Origin: Antedon mediterranea
Lineage: Eukaryota; Animalia; Echinodermata
Direction: 5' to 3'
Assembly: GCF_964355755.1 (NCBI RefSeq)
Contig: NC_092679.1
Location: 20,691,432-20,755,431, forward strand
Length of the DNA: 64,000 nucleotides
The notes under the pieces were generated by a model, which ran no database searches, was not told the DNA's origin, and was given only the letters and a program-made list of their open reading frames with translations. Positions 12,417 to 25,876 of the stretch are shown in pieces. The position numbers and the translations under genes were made by a program. Within the stretch, counting starts at the first letter, position 1; the number at the start of each line of letters is the position of its first letter.

Positions 12417-15400
12417 ATGACGTTTCCACTAGGCGTAGACATTATATCTAAAGATGACCTGCACAAATACAAGTAAGTTTTTTATTTTATTCATTTTTAA
12501 AATTAACTTTCATTCAATAGAGTAGGCCTACTAATAATTGATAGGCTTATCCTTTTTATATAACATAATAAACATACTGTAATAAATGTTTTTAAATTAT
12601 ATTTTTCTTTCGAATTTAGTGAACTTCTCAATGATCCGGAGGTGATAGCAGATCCTAACCAACTGCAGCAGTTACTTCAAAACTTGTTGATGAAGATGAC
12701 CTCTGGGATGGACGTTTCACAAGTGTTTATTAGTGTCATCAAGGTGATCTTGTACCCATTTATACTCCTGTGTTGTGTGGGAATTTCCCAGTTGCCATCA
12801 AACCTTATGATGGAATGGTGATGTTTCTAATGAGAACTTGAAACCATTTACACTCCTGAATTAGTGAATAAGACAAGCAATGTATGGTCAAAAAGTCACC
12901 TAAAACACACACGCTTATGGCTTATAATGCAGGTGTCATATGTGTCACAGAATTTGGCCATGAATCTGGATATTATAGATGCAGTACTGAGAATCAGCAA
13001 GAGTATTTTTTGTTAACTTCTTGTTTATGCATATCCATTATTAGTTTTGGCTTTGATATTAGTAAAAAGATAAATATTTTGGCACATTGGCATTTCATAC
13101 GTAAACTAATTGAGCTTGTAAACATCGAAAAGCCTCGAAATAACTACAGACTTAGGGCAAGTCTAATCCATTATATATTTTCAGGTCTGTGGAAGTTCCA
13201 ATATGGTCATCAAAAAACTAGCCTATCTCTACCTAAGCCATTACGCTGAGGAGAAATCAGACCTAGCCCTGTTGGTGGTGAACACTTTACTGCGAGACTG
13301 CAAACATCCGAATCCAATGATAAGAGGCTTAGCTTTAAGGACATTTTCCTCTATAAGGTAAAATAAGGCAATCTAACAACAGGACGTTGAGATCTGGAGA
13401 TCAAAGGTTTTATCTGTGGCTGCGACACGATCAGCTCCACGTCCCTTAACAGACACTGCGCACTACAGAGACTACCTACATTATACAGTATTTTTGTTAT
13501 TTATCGCAGCCAGACATAAGATCAAAGGACTGTTATAAGTTCCTATCATGACTTGGCGAGCTTAGTGTCCTGTTAAATTGCCTTGGAAAAACTGTTTTTA
13601 AATTAACCAATATGGTGGCACAATTGTTTTCCTTTTTACCTTGTATTAAAATTACATATGAATAACTCTTTCAATGTTTGTTTTTTTAGCGTGGTAGAAT
13701 TCCTGGAGTACTCCATGCAACCATGTTTGGATGGTCTCACCGATAAAAGCGCTTACGTACGGCGAGTCGCTGTTAACACTTGTGTTAAGCTACACAGACA
13801 GCACCCACAATTCACCCAAGGTATCTATCTCAGTGCCTGCAATAACATTAGTCAGTCAGTAGTATGTCCTGAAAAAAAAATTTTGTTGTATGTTTTTTCT
13901 AGTAATTAATAAGACAATAGCCTAGAGGAAAAGGTCAAGAAACTACCCTGCTTCAATTTTTTTAACTTTTTATTTTTTTTCAGATAACGGTATAGTTGAT
14001 ACGTTATACGCTATGATACGCGATAAGGATTCCATTGTGGTTATCAATTGCCTTATGGGATTGGAAGAAATATTGAGAATGGAAGGAGGAATAGTCATCA
14101 ATAAGAAAATTGCTTATTTCTTACTAAACAGGTTGGTGTAATATTTTCTACTAAAAGAAGAAGAAAATAAAAAAAACACTTACAGACAGACCTCTTTTTC
14201 AAGCTTTCCCTCCAATTTTCTGAAGCTCTATCTGCAATATCAAACTAGTGTGATGTGCCCAAATATGGTAGTAATATGCCCAAATATGGTAGTGATATGA
14301 CATCATGATGTCCATATATACACTACCATATTTGGGCACAATTTTATCACATAAAGTTTGATAGTGTAGACAGAGTCTAACATCCTGCCTGTGTGAAGCA
14401 ATACAGCATTAATACTAAATACAGATAGATAACATTTAAAACATTAACTTTATTAGGTTGAAAGAGTTCTCGGAATGGGGTCAAAGCCTCTTATTTAACC
14501 TTCTCCTGAAATACAAAGTGGAAAATGAAGATGAAATCATAGATATTTTAGTAAGTATTTAGTTTTATATATTTGTTGACCTAAATATGCAGTTTTCATC
14601 TAGTTTTGTTCTTTGGCATTATCTGGTATTAACTCTATCCAAAGTTCACAATTTCTTGATAACTCTTTTCAATGCTGGCATTGTTTTACCCTTTTTTAAT
14701 ATCTGCCTTCTCATTTTGTCCTCTGACGGCGCCATTTTTTCACTCCTTATTCTCTGTTTTTCCACTAATATTTTTCAGAATCTGAGTGACTCATACTTAA
14801 AACATCCCAATTCTGCAGTCAGTCTGGCAGCGGTTAACCTGATGCTACAAATGACCTCTGACCTGCATCTCAGAGAAGATGTCTACAAGAGAGTAAGAGG
14901 TACAAATGTCTTTATTCCAAATTAGGAGCTTTTGATTTGCGATGTTAAGCTCGGTCTACACTATCAAAAAGGTGTGATGTGCCCAAATATGGTAGTGATA
15001 TGACATCATCATGTCCATATATGGGCACACCACATTTGTTACATAAAATTTGATAGTGTAGACAGAGCTTTAGGGATCTAGAAACTTTTTAAGTTAATTT
15101 ATTGGAAATGCTTCCTCACTCACAATTCCTTGACACAGTTATGGAATATGGTCATAGGTCAATATGGTCATAGGTCATTGCAAATCGAAAGCTCTCTTGT
15201 AAACAAATATGACAGTGACCTTAATTCAGATTTTTGATTTTATATTATTATTTTGTTTATTCCAGGTCCACTGTTAAATGTATTAACAAATGGTAGTTCG
15301 CATGAGCTGGTTTTTGCTGCCCTCTGTCACATTCAGTGGATTCTGACATTTTCTCCAAAACTTTTTACGAAACACTACAAAAAGTTCTATTGTAGGTTAG

Positions 15401-18400
15401 CATTGCTCTTGCTTGTTACCTGATATAATTAGACTAAAAAAAACGTTTTGGCTTACCAATACCAAGTTGACATTCATAAAAATGTATCAAAAAGTAAATT
15501 TGTTTTAATTGTTTGTTTCACTCAGACTGTGGAGTAGCTTTGCGTCAGGGTGTTGAGTAATTGGTCAGATTTTTGCCCTACATTGAGAATACTTACTTAA
15601 TTTTTGGGTGGTACTCGAACCCATGACCTTATAAATAAACTATTTAATAATTACAAATTTTCAGATACCAAGAACCAGAGTATATAAAAACTAAGAAGTT
15701 AGATCTACTAAGAAGTCTTGTCACACCTGATAATCTTCAAGATATCGTTGATGAAATAAGGTACATTATGGTACATGTATCATGTATGGTGATATTTGAA
15801 ACATAGGCATGTGTGGAGTGGGGTTCCAGCTTACCCGGACCGTCCCCTCCCGCATCCTAAATGTTTAAAATTACAATGAAAAAGATATAGCATACAAATT
15901 AAAAGACAGTTGTTAGTTAATTTTAAAATATTTAAAGCATAAACCTGTATATGTTTTCAGCGTTTATTGTAATGATATGTCAACAACATTCGCCACATGT
16001 GCTGTTCAGACTATTGGCAAAATAGCTAAGGAGAAACCATTGTTTACAAACCTCTGTATTACCTGCCTACTGAGCATGCTCAAATTACAACTTGGTCATG
16101 TGGTATCAGAGGTACTAACAGCCTTTCAAGGTGAGTGAGAACAAGTAATGCCTGACTGCTCACAAGCAAAGATGATTGTCCATTTGCAGCTGCTCCAATA
16201 GGGAATCAGCATTGTCAATTCTAAAGGCCAATTTACACAGACGAATGGTAACAGAATTAAAAATATAGAATCTATGTTATTCCTTAAGACCATTTACACA
16301 AAACGTGAAGCGGACGGGTGATTTCTGCTCAGGATAGATAGAGATTCTATGTGGGACAAGCTACGTGGTTAATGCTTACCATTACTACTCGTGTAAATTT
16401 GCCTTAAACATTATACAAGGAATAAAATTAAGACCTAAAGAGAAATATAGATATTTTTTTAACCTTGTTGTACACCACATAAAACTTAAGCAACTCACTC
16501 TTTTAGTTTTCAGTAATTGGATTCAAATCTTATCTTAATTTCATAGATTTGTTAAGTTACAAGGCAAATGGTAAATATGTGGACACAGTAATGGAACATC
16601 TACCAGACTGTGCTTCTAGTGTGTCCGATGATAAGGGCAAAACCGCCCTCTTGTGGCTGGTTGGACACTACGGCCAGGTATGCACTTTGATTGTGGTACT
16701 TAAAACACTTCGAAATATACACTTGGAAAAATCAGGAGACTTTACAAAAGCGTGGCAAAACAATAGATGGCGCTGTTTAAAAATCTCGGGCATTAACATT
16801 ATTGGGTAAACAATGCCAAATGTGGCATATGGGAATGTGCAAAAAGGGACCCAAGCTAAATGGTACATTTATGCACTAGGGGGTCTGAATATACATTTGA
16901 ATGACCAGCCTAAGCCAGCTTGCAAATTTTTGTACTACTATATAATAATATGCATTTCCGTAAATCCAATGATCATTGTTTTATTCTTTTCATACAGAAA
17001 TTGCCCGATGCACCATACTTACTTGAAGACTATATAGATGACTATGAACAAGAGAGGTCGGCAGAGGTCAAAATAGCTCTTCTTACATCGACTACTAAAC
17101 TGTTTTTCTTTAGGCCTGCAGAATGTCAGTCGATGCTGGGGAAGCTGCTGGATAGTGCAATAGGTGTGAGAATATATTCTTTGTAAATACAGTATCTAAA
17201 GAAGAAAATAAAACATACTAATTACACATTGTAGATATTTATTCATAATAAAGATAATGAATGTGTAAATGATTTTTAAAATTAAAATTTCAGCAACGGA
17301 AAATGATATTGAAGTAAAAGAAAAAGCTGTGATGTATTACATGTTACTACAAGCAGATGTCCACAAGGTAAAACTACAATTTTATTGTGCGGTTCTGTTC
17401 TGTATTTCACTTTTCTGCTATTTAAAACATTCAAGACATTTTTCCCCAGCGCAAGGGTATAGAGTTGTTGATTGTTGATTGTTTTTTTTTTTTTTTTTTT
17501 TATCTAAAGGCTAAACAAGTTATTTGCGCGTCTATGCAACCAATTCCAGAGAACTCGCATTTGTCAACGAACCAATCACAGCCAAAGGGAAAGTTCAACA
17601 CACTATCACTGCTTCTAGGTAATATTTATTTACATCTTAAGTTACTTAAGGCATGTGATGGAAAGAATCTTTTCTAGTCGTCTCTGGATTTAAATAAAGT
17701 TTTGAAATATTATTTCTGTTTAACTTAGGAAAGGATAGTTTTAAAACAACTAGCAAAACCAAGAAATTTTCAACAGAAATTGGTGAAAAAGACTCACGAG
17801 AAGACGTCGTTGGAGAAACTCTTGTTGACAACACATCCATCGACAAAGATGAACTGGATAGTCCTGGTGAAGCAGTTGAAGGAACTCTGGTTGATTTAGA
17901 TATTTTCTCAGATCCCCAAAATGCAGGTGCTGTAGTCAACACTGAAACTGTGATATCAAAGTATATAAAAGATGTGGCCATGACACCAAACGAATTTGAA
18001 GAAAAATGGAACCAATGGGATACTAGGTTCGTTATTTGATTGTGTCCAAATCTTGTCACAGTCCAGGAGCATCATGAATACAAAACTAAACACAACCATT
18101 AGATTAAAACATAGTTAGATAGTATCTGTTAGCATTATGGTAGAAAAGTGTTTGGTGCCACTGCTCTTGTGGCTGCCGTGGATAGTGTAATATACCAACA
18201 GTTTGGACTTTTTATTACTTTTACCTCAATAATTTAATTTCGTAAGCTCTGTCTACACTATCAAAGTAGTTTTACAAAAAAGTGTGATGTGCACAAATAT
18301 GGTAGTGATATGACATCATAGTTTAGTGATAAGGGTAAGGATGTGTGGCGCAGTGTGTTGGACGTTAGACTACTGGTCGCAAGATCGCGGTTCGAATCCA

Positions 18401-19445
18401 ACTCTGCCGCATTGCTTGTATCCTTAGGCAAGATACTTTACTTACGTTTGCCTCTCTCCACCCAGGTGTATAAATGGGTACCTGGCTAGATCATTATGGG
18501 AGTATGTTTCCATACGTGTTTGATGCAAAAAATGACCGGGGTAATAATGTTCAGCGCTTAGAGGTTTCACAACATTAAGAGCTATATAAATCCAGAATAT
18601 TATATTATATTATTATTATATAGACACATCACAGTTTTTTGTCACATAAATTTTGACAGTACTTGTAGACAAAGCTTTAGTTTAATAGGTAATTTATTTT
18701 CCTCACTTGTTTTATTATTAAACTTACTTGTGTTTGTAGGGTGGATGTGGAGATGCCTCTACTTGAATGTCCGTCAACCTCTTCAATTCTAGAAGCTTTA
18801 TCTGCCAATTTCATCAAGACATTAGCCACATCAGATGAAGATACAAAGCCATGGAAAGCATTCTGTTTTGCTCAGGTATAAAGCTCTGTCTACACTATCA
18901 AACTTTATGTGACAAAAAATGTGATGTGCCCATATATGGACATGATGATGTCATATCACTACCATATTTGGTCACATCATGATTAACAGTAGAACTCTTC
19001 CTTTGGGACACAAATATTTAGGGGAAATCAAGAATTTGTAATCTAACAACAGGAAACTGTGCTTGCCTTACAAAGATAGGAACTTGTAACAGTCATTTGA
19101 TCTTATGTCTGGCTGCAACAAATACCAACAGTACTGTAGTATGTACATATTCCTTGTGGCGCAAGGTGTCTGTTAATGGGCGTGGAACTGATCATGTCGC
19201 AGCCACAGATAAACCCTTTGATTTTGGAGCTAAGCATCCTGTTAGATTACCTTGGGTTTACTATAATATGTATAAAAAAATGTGGTTTTTTTTGTACATT
19301 TCAGGAGTCGTCTGGTTGTGTTTACCTTGTGGAACTTCACTACCATCAAGATAATGAGATGATAGCCTACAAGATAAAGTGTCAAGAAAAACATAACACT
19401 GAAATTGAAACATTAGTAACAATTTTAAAGACTTGCTTTACATGA
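12417..19445 (+). CDS. AP4B1: AP-4 complex subunit beta-1 (multi-exon, ~17 coding exons)
   Basis: GT-AG exons at approx 12417-12472, 12620-12743 ([16 protein letters not shown]), 13185-13357 ([13 protein letters not shown]...[27 protein letters not shown]), 13690-13820 ([11 protein letters not shown]), 13984-14131, 14458-14550, 14779-14899, 15266-15394, 15665-15760, 15961-16130, 16547-16677, 16998-17163, 17294-17367, 17510-17618, 17730-18026, 18740-18875, 19305-19445. Beta-adaptin trunk plus a short appendage, most like beta-4. Confidence 0.9.
13366..13584 (+). mobile_element. ~220-bp MITE family with (C)AAGG...CCTTG termini (P-like), copy 1
   Basis: TIR aaggcaatctaacaacaggac / gtcctgttaaattgccttg. 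Internal tatctgtggctgcgacacgatcag and cgcagccagacataagatcaaaggactgtta are shared with the copies at ~19035 and 20149. Confidence 0.8.
14224..14379. mobile_element. ~140-160 bp PIF/Harbinger-like MITE family A (TIR agctctgtctacactatcaaac)
   Basis: Internal gtgatgtgcccaaatatggtagtgatatgacatcatcatgtccatatatggg; about 14 copies in the window. Confidence 0.85.
14948..15071. mobile_element. MITE family A copy
   Basis: aagctcggtctacactatcaaa...tttgatagtgtagacagagcttta. Confidence 0.85.
16225..16406. mobile_element. Degenerate Harbinger-like MITE
   Basis: taaaggccaatttacac...gtgtaaatttgccttaa terminal inverted repeats. Confidence 0.55.
18244..18679. mobile_element. MITE family A copy split by a SINE insertion
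   Basis: Left half 18244-18320; right half ~18620-18679 (...tgtagacaaagcttta). Confidence 0.75.
18337..18620 (+). mobile_element. tRNA-derived SINE
   Basis: A-box tggcgcagtgtg and B-box ggttcgaatcc, central ccttaggcaagatactttac...ctctctccacccaggtgtataaatgggtacc, LINE-like tail agcgcttagag...gctatataaat and a (tta)n end. Confidence 0.85.
18880..18982. mobile_element. MITE family A partial copy, immediately after an AP4B1 donor site
   Basis: cag|gtataaagctctgtctacactatcaaac... Confidence 0.8.
19035..19254 (-). mobile_element. ~220-bp P-like MITE, copy 2 (reverse)
   Basis: tttgatcttatgtctggctgc...cgcagccacagataaaccctttga...cctgttagattaccttg. Confidence 0.75.
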
Positions 19446-20148
19446 CGTCACTATTGCCAACATAGTTACAAATATTCTGTCCCATTAATAGGGTTTGGCT
19501 GTAGTGTGTCTCCTTGTTCGTTTCATAAGAGTGTACCCTGAATAGGGGCTGGCTGTAGTGTTAAAACATACACTTTAGTTTATTTCACTGGAAAGTGTCC
19601 CCATAATAGTGTCCTGTAATAGAAGATTGAAAATATTTAAATTTATTTATGTCATAAAACAACTGAAAAATAAAGTATATGCCTGAAACAAATTATTGAA
19701 TTGTTTGCAGTTTCGTTTCTCATTAATATATTCCAAGATCCGTAAGTGTGTTTATATTCTGTGAGGTTGATCAGCTTGTGGAATAAATAATTTTAGTTGA
19801 CAATATGGAACGCTTATCTAAACAATATAAAATTATTGTTTAATTAGCTCTAATTAGGAATATTGTTTTTTCTTGTTGATTTATTGCCTAGTACATAACA
19901 CATGCTTGTAGGGGCAAGTCTAGAAATCACAGACAAAATAAACTGGTAGGCCTACTAGAAACCACAGACAAAATATAAATTATGTATGTATTAAATTGTG
20001 TATTTGTACTGGTAGTGGGAATTTGGATGTAGTTCATCTTGACATATAAATCCGAGGGCAATTATTGAAGAAAATAATACAATAGTATAATATAGTTATG
20101 TGAAATTGGAAATGAAGAGATGGCACCTTTGGGTGGGGCCGGTTGAAA

Positions 20149-20362
20149 CAAGGCAGTCTAACAACAGGAGACTGAGCTTCGGAGATCAAAGGGTTTATCT
20201 GTGGCTGCAACACGATCAGTTCCACGCCCCCAAAATAGACACCGCGCTGCCGAGAATATGTACAGGGTTGATATTTGTCGCAGCCAGACATAAGATCAAA
20301 GGACTGTTACGAGTTCCTATCTTGGCAAGGCGAGCTCAGCGTCATGTTGTTAGATTGCCTTG
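20149..20362 (+). mobile_element. ~215-bp P-like MITE, copy 3, with 7-bp TSD
   Basis: gttgaaa[caaggcagtctaacaacagg...tgttgttagattgccttg]gttgaac. Confidence 0.8.
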
Positions 20363-20767
20363 GTTGAACAGGAATTGCGGTTATAGTGTAGGATCGAGTT
20401 CTATATAAAAAGATTGATTGAGGCCAAACTACCAGCGGTTTTACATTCCCCGCCTAAAACACGATTATACCATTGATTCCCAATAAAATAACTTATTACA
20501 AATTTGTAAAATTTATTCACATAAAATATAAACAATATTTAAATATATTTGAATAACATAACATATACTACATCTAATTTTCTACATCTATCACAATTAA
20601 ATAATTATAAATAAAAATTATACAAGACCATAAGTACTAATTTACTTTACAACAATTAAATATTACATTTAACATAATAAAAGTAGATAAAACAAAACAA
20701 ATATATATTTATAAATGTATTTGTATTAATGTACATATATCTTTAAGATAAAACTTTTATATAATTC

Positions 20768-23700
20768 TCATATTGTAAAATCCATCAAATAAAATATAGA
20801 GATTAAACCGATCCAACAGCTTACCAAATTCGTCACTGCTTTGTTTTCCATATTGTCGATTTCTGGTGAAAAACTGGGGCGATGCTATAAAATAAGTAAT
20901 AGGCATGATGATCTTGTATAGCGCTTAAGCTCTCTACGGTATCAAACTTTTTATGTGACAACAAAGTGTGATGTGCCCATATATGGACATGATCACTACC
21001 ATATTTGGGCATATCCCTACCACATTAGGGCACATCACTTTTTTGTCAAACTAGTTTGATACCATAGACAGAACTTTACATTATTACACCGGCCAATGGA
21101 TCAATTAATAGTGGAGTCTTATATCACGCCATTACAAGACAAGTGAAGTTTACCTATAGCCTGTATACCGATTTTCAATAGTTTATAAGTGTTAATTGAA
21201 TTGTTTGACTTTTAAAAAATATCCTTTTTTTTTGGTCAGTTTATCATATTAAATGGATTATATTGTAAATGGACATTCCTCGCATGAAGTTATAAAATAA
21301 CTCGGAAGAAATGTACAGTATCATTTCAATTCATCCCGCGGTTTCAAAACGATTGGTAGGCCTAAAGTTTTGAAGAAATAATAGTGCCTACCTGATTTGC
21401 TAATATGGTCGTATGGTCTGCACTGTCCATCGCGACTGTACATGCCCTCTGTGTCGAATCAAATACCATACCGTGACCACAGCCCTCCGCGTAGTATGTG
21501 AAACTAGTGACGTGCGCCTTACCATACATGTTTCTGTTCATCTGAAGGGCGCGAGGATTTCTTTTTCGCCTGTACCGGACCACAGGCGGTGAACCCATTT
21601 GCTGTTTTTCAACAAGTCTAAAAAATTGATAACAATATTTGTTTTAAATACCGTGTAACCAGGGAGCAACTCCCTGGTGTAACATTATTTTTGTTTAATA
21701 TACTGTACAGTGTATAACAAGCTACACATTACAAAGGAGGCTACCGGTGAAGTGTTCAATTCAAAGAACGCTATTATCAACAATATGAGCAATATTGAGG
21801 ACATAATAAGTACAAATAGTTAATATAAAAATGCAAATATTTATTTAGATAAATATAAATCGTACCTGTATATTGCCGTGACAGTATACAAAACGCGATC
21901 AGCAGTCAGTGTGACGTGATTGAATTTAGAAATATGCAAATTAGTTTCGTCGTCATAGACGCGATTCAAACTTGAAAGAACTCCTGCCTCCTCGTGAAGC
22001 CTATAGCTGTCGTAATTCCCGCCAACAAACAACTGAAAGTTTGGATCGATGTAGTGGACCTTGCGATGATCAGGCTGCGCTGCTACACATCCCTAACATA
22101 TTCAGTACAAAAGAACATTGTAGTTCCACAATGTAAAGCGATATATTAAGTTTTGTAAAGTCAACCCTCCTAATTTCAAGTGATTTATACTTAAAAGTAA
22201 TGTTTAAGATATACTGAACTAATCGAGGGACTAAGAGCAAGAGGTGAATTTATTACGATAATTTCCGACCAAATGGAGAGGAACAGAAAAGTGTGTAGGG
22301 AAGTTAGGGTGGGTTGGAAGATCATTTATCGCAAAGTACATTATCAGTAGGTCTTATTGCGCTTCAATTTAATTGTCACTTTATTAATTCAGAGTTGCAG
22401 AGCTGAAGGAAGGGATGGAGCCCACCATATTATAGGCCTACTAACGATTGATAACACCTCATTACCATTTTATCGCTTTCTTGACCAAAGCAGGTCAACA
22501 GTAACATCAATTGAAGGTAGTACATTGTACGTAACCATATTGGAGAATACTGGACCTGAAATGAGATGCGGTCACCCTCTGCCACTCTAACCCTCTCTGT
22601 GTATCGTGTACCTACGACAAGAACAACGATTACATTTAGAACATTTTGATGAAAGTTCTGGTGAGACCTATTACGTAATTAATTAGACTTAATCCATACG
22701 AACTTGAAACACCTTATAGTAGAACTCCTTCACTAGTGGGAACTAAGCTTTAATAGATATGTCCGTGAAAAGGGGTTGGCCATAAACGTGCTAAAACAAC
22801 TCACTCTTGTTCATTTCGCAAAGGAGAGGTTGTACTTGATTCATTAATTAAAATGACATTGTAACAAATATACACACAAACATAGTAATGATCTAAAGCT
22901 ATTTCTACACTATCAAACTAGTTTGACAAAAAAAATGTGATGTACCCAAATATGGTAGTGATATGCCCAAATATGGTAGTGATATGAAATCATCATGTCC
23001 ATATATGAGCACATCACATGTTTGTGTCACATAAAGTTTGATAGTGTAGACAGGGCTTAATTGTATCATGATTCAATACAAGAGACTTACCATGTGGGTA
23101 GAACGGAATTGGTTGATGACCACTGTGTATTGCGACGACATTAAGGGTTACTTCGTCGTACCTTTCGTCTGTCAACGTCAGAGCAGACTGCAGAACAAGA
23201 CTGATGGTGACGTTGCACTTGGCTGTGGCATTCCTCTTGCACGTAGAGACGTCTTCGATGTCTGCACATTCGTGGATGGTGAACGTTGCCACAAGATCAC
23301 CTAGAAACATCAAAACATAAATTGATACCTATAATATAAATGTCAAATTTAGAAATAGATTACTCACACTGCCGTTTCATGGAACAGTCGACGACGGCAT
23401 TCCGTTTAATTTAAAAATGCAGCTTAAAAGGTGAAACATGGATTCTCGACTGCATGTAATAAAAGTTATTGTCTTATCACATCAATATATTTACTGAACC
23501 ATGTTATATGGTAAATGTGAGATTAGGGAAACATTGGGTACAAAATATGTAACTGTTCTTTAACATGAGTTGTCTTATCATAGTTGAAATTTATACATTA
23601 TTGGAAAGAGAGAATGTGTTGACAGTGTGTGGAAAAAGAAGACCACAACTAAGCTTGGTTTCCACTAAGACGCAACGCAAAGCTATCATAAGAGCGATAG

Positions 23701-25876
23701 ATTATTCCAACTTATGATTGGTCAATTCGCTTACGTCTTTGCGTTGCGTTCTAGTAGGAACCAAGCTTGAAACATAATCTGTTACCTAAGTACGTCTTCT
23801 TTTCATGGCTCTGAATATCATTTAGCTGCAAAACAATTTTAGAGTACCAACTTTGAAGACACTTCCCGTGATCTGCATGAACGCACAAAGGTGATATCTG
23901 CAACTTATTTCTTGGTTCTTTTATCACCGCTAGCAATTGATGTCCATCGTCTTCTGCAGGTGTATATCCAAGACTAGCCTCTTCATAAATCAAGATATGA
24001 TTGGTTAACGGAGAAACTGTGCTGAATTTTATATCAACGGTCATCTGGTCCACAACCGGCATGAGTGTTCTATCAACTGGCGTGGAAACGATTGCGGAAT
24101 CCAGATACACTCTTGGACCTTGTACAACCGGCAGCGTAGGTGACAAATCTGTTGCAAATACTGTGTTAACTATGGCGTTCCTGCACAGTCTCCAGATAAG
24201 TACAACGTGGGTTTGAACGTACGAGACGGCTTGGGTACGGTGGTGAATGGGCTTTGGACGAACGTTCGTTAAGTATAACGTTGCTCTGTACTCTATCTCA
24301 GATTTGGTGACGTCAGTGGTGGTCCAAGCAGACGATCCATCTGATCTCATACAATCCATTAGAGCTCTTGCACTGCCTTTATGAATGAGCTTATTTCTTC
24401 TGAATAAAAACTCTGAAGAACCGGAAAATCATCAAATTGAATAAAAGTAAAAACACATTTCTATAATAAGTATGATAATAAAATAAAAATCAATGTAAGT
24501 TATCTTGGCTGGTGCTTATATTTGTTACACAATCAAGAATGGTATATTCAACATTTATCATTTTTCGAAATATGTTCGAAATAATAATGTAATCGAATCG
24601 GAGCATGTGCAATCAATTTGTATGTAATTATCATTACGTATATTTTTCATTTTTTATGACGTCAATACGGAGGTTACCTCTTTTAGTGTTATTTTCTATA
24701 GACCCTATACTACTGGTGTTGAATAGTCTGGAATTAGACGGTGGCGTAATCACGTTGTAGTTGTCGGTGAAGTAAGCTGGATACCTCGAATCTGTAAATA
24801 CGTTACTGCACGATCCCGTCCTTGATGACGTCAGTGTTCCTATATTATGATTTATATTATCGGTTTAATTTATTCAGGAGCAACGTTTAGTTTTAAACTA
24901 GTTAAACTAACTAAGGATACGTCTACACTATCAAACTAGTTTGACAAAAAAATTGTGATGTGCCCAAATATTGTGATATGACATCATCATGTCCATATAT
25001 GGGCATCTAAAGTTTCAGAGTGCAGACAGAGCTTAATACGGTAAGCAGTGCAGAGAGTTAATTATGCGGAGATCATGCGCAATAAACGAATGATGACGTA
25101 TGAATTGTAGATGACGTATGAATTGTAGATGACGTAATGATTATGTTAATAAGCATACAATACATGCTGTCAAAATGCCACGAAAGACTAAAATGTGTAT
25201 TAACATGTAAAACGTAACATACCGTCCTTATCAACAGCAGAAAGACCGTTAAATGTAAATGGTTGAAAGTCGACCAACCAGAATTCTTTAACACGAACTA
25301 CGTCATCGATCAATATCGACAGTGATAGTAACCCATTTTCAATTTCAAATTCATCTGTGTATATTAAACATTTTTAATTACATTATATAACTTAATATCG
25401 TTGCGTCAATTAAAATTCGTTATGTCTAGAGATACAGTTTCTATACTTCTTCACAATACCGTACCTTTAGCAACCAGCGAAAAAGATAAACGGTACCGTG
25501 TCCCTAGCCACGGCGATTAAAAATAGCACACGCTAACGAAGGCACACTACACCAGTACACCTTTTTAATTTGAATTCAGTGCTGCTGAGTTTAATATAAA
25601 AAACACTCTAATAATGTAGGCTTAAGGTTTGATAATTATTAATAGCAATCATACTAACTTTACATTTGTACCGTGGGCCACTCTCGAATACAAATTCAAT
25701 TTGTCCTCTTAATTTTACTTACCTACAACGGCCATACCCATTTTCTCAAACCTATCATCGGTAAAAGTATTCGAAACGTCCACTCCAAATTGTAAATCAC
25801 ATTTTGATTCAGGAATAATACAGTTAAAAACAAACAAAAATACATATAAAAACTGATTTAAAATTACTATACACAT
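20768..25876 (-). CDS. Uncharacterised secreted, probably GPI/membrane-anchored protein (multi-exon)
   Basis: In-phase GT-AG exons: 25876-25723 (signal peptide MCIVILNQFLYVFLFVFNCIIPESKC), ~25354-25223 (FWLVDFQPFTF), ~24839-24678 (RTGSCSNVF), ~24413-23790 (LMDCMRSDG...YRATLYLTNV), ~23300-23091, ~22612-22460, ~22093-21866, ~21618-21392 (RYRRKR furin-type site), ~20885-20768 (hydrophobic tail LVSCWIGLISIFYLMDFTI*). Some internal boundaries are approximate. Confidence 0.75.
20927..21078. mobile_element. MITE family A copy (degenerate)
   Basis: aagctctctacggtatcaaac...gtttgataccatagacagaacttta. Confidence 0.75.
21660..21676. mobile_element. Putative P-like footprint (CAGGG type), perfect 7-bp TSD
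   Basis: gtgtaac[cagggagcaactccctg]gtgtaac. Confidence 0.6.
22896..23059. mobile_element. MITE family A copy
   Basis: aagctatttctacactatcaaactag...gtttgatagtgtagacagggctta. Confidence 0.85.
23651..23769. mobile_element. Harbinger-like MITE family B
   Basis: aagcttggtttccactaagacgcaacgcaaag / ctttgcgttgcgttctagtaggaaccaagctt; related ends at ~53730-53920. Confidence 0.75.
24913..25034. mobile_element. MITE family A copy
   Basis: gtctacactatcaaactagtttgac...agtgcagacagagctta. Confidence 0.8.

Noticed and set aside
18337-18410. Functional tRNA gene
   Set aside because: A and B boxes are present but the cloverleaf is poor, and the sequence continues into a SINE body and tail.
20034-20408. 85-aa and 102-aa ORFs
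   Set aside because: They overlap the ~215-bp MITE; no protein similarity.
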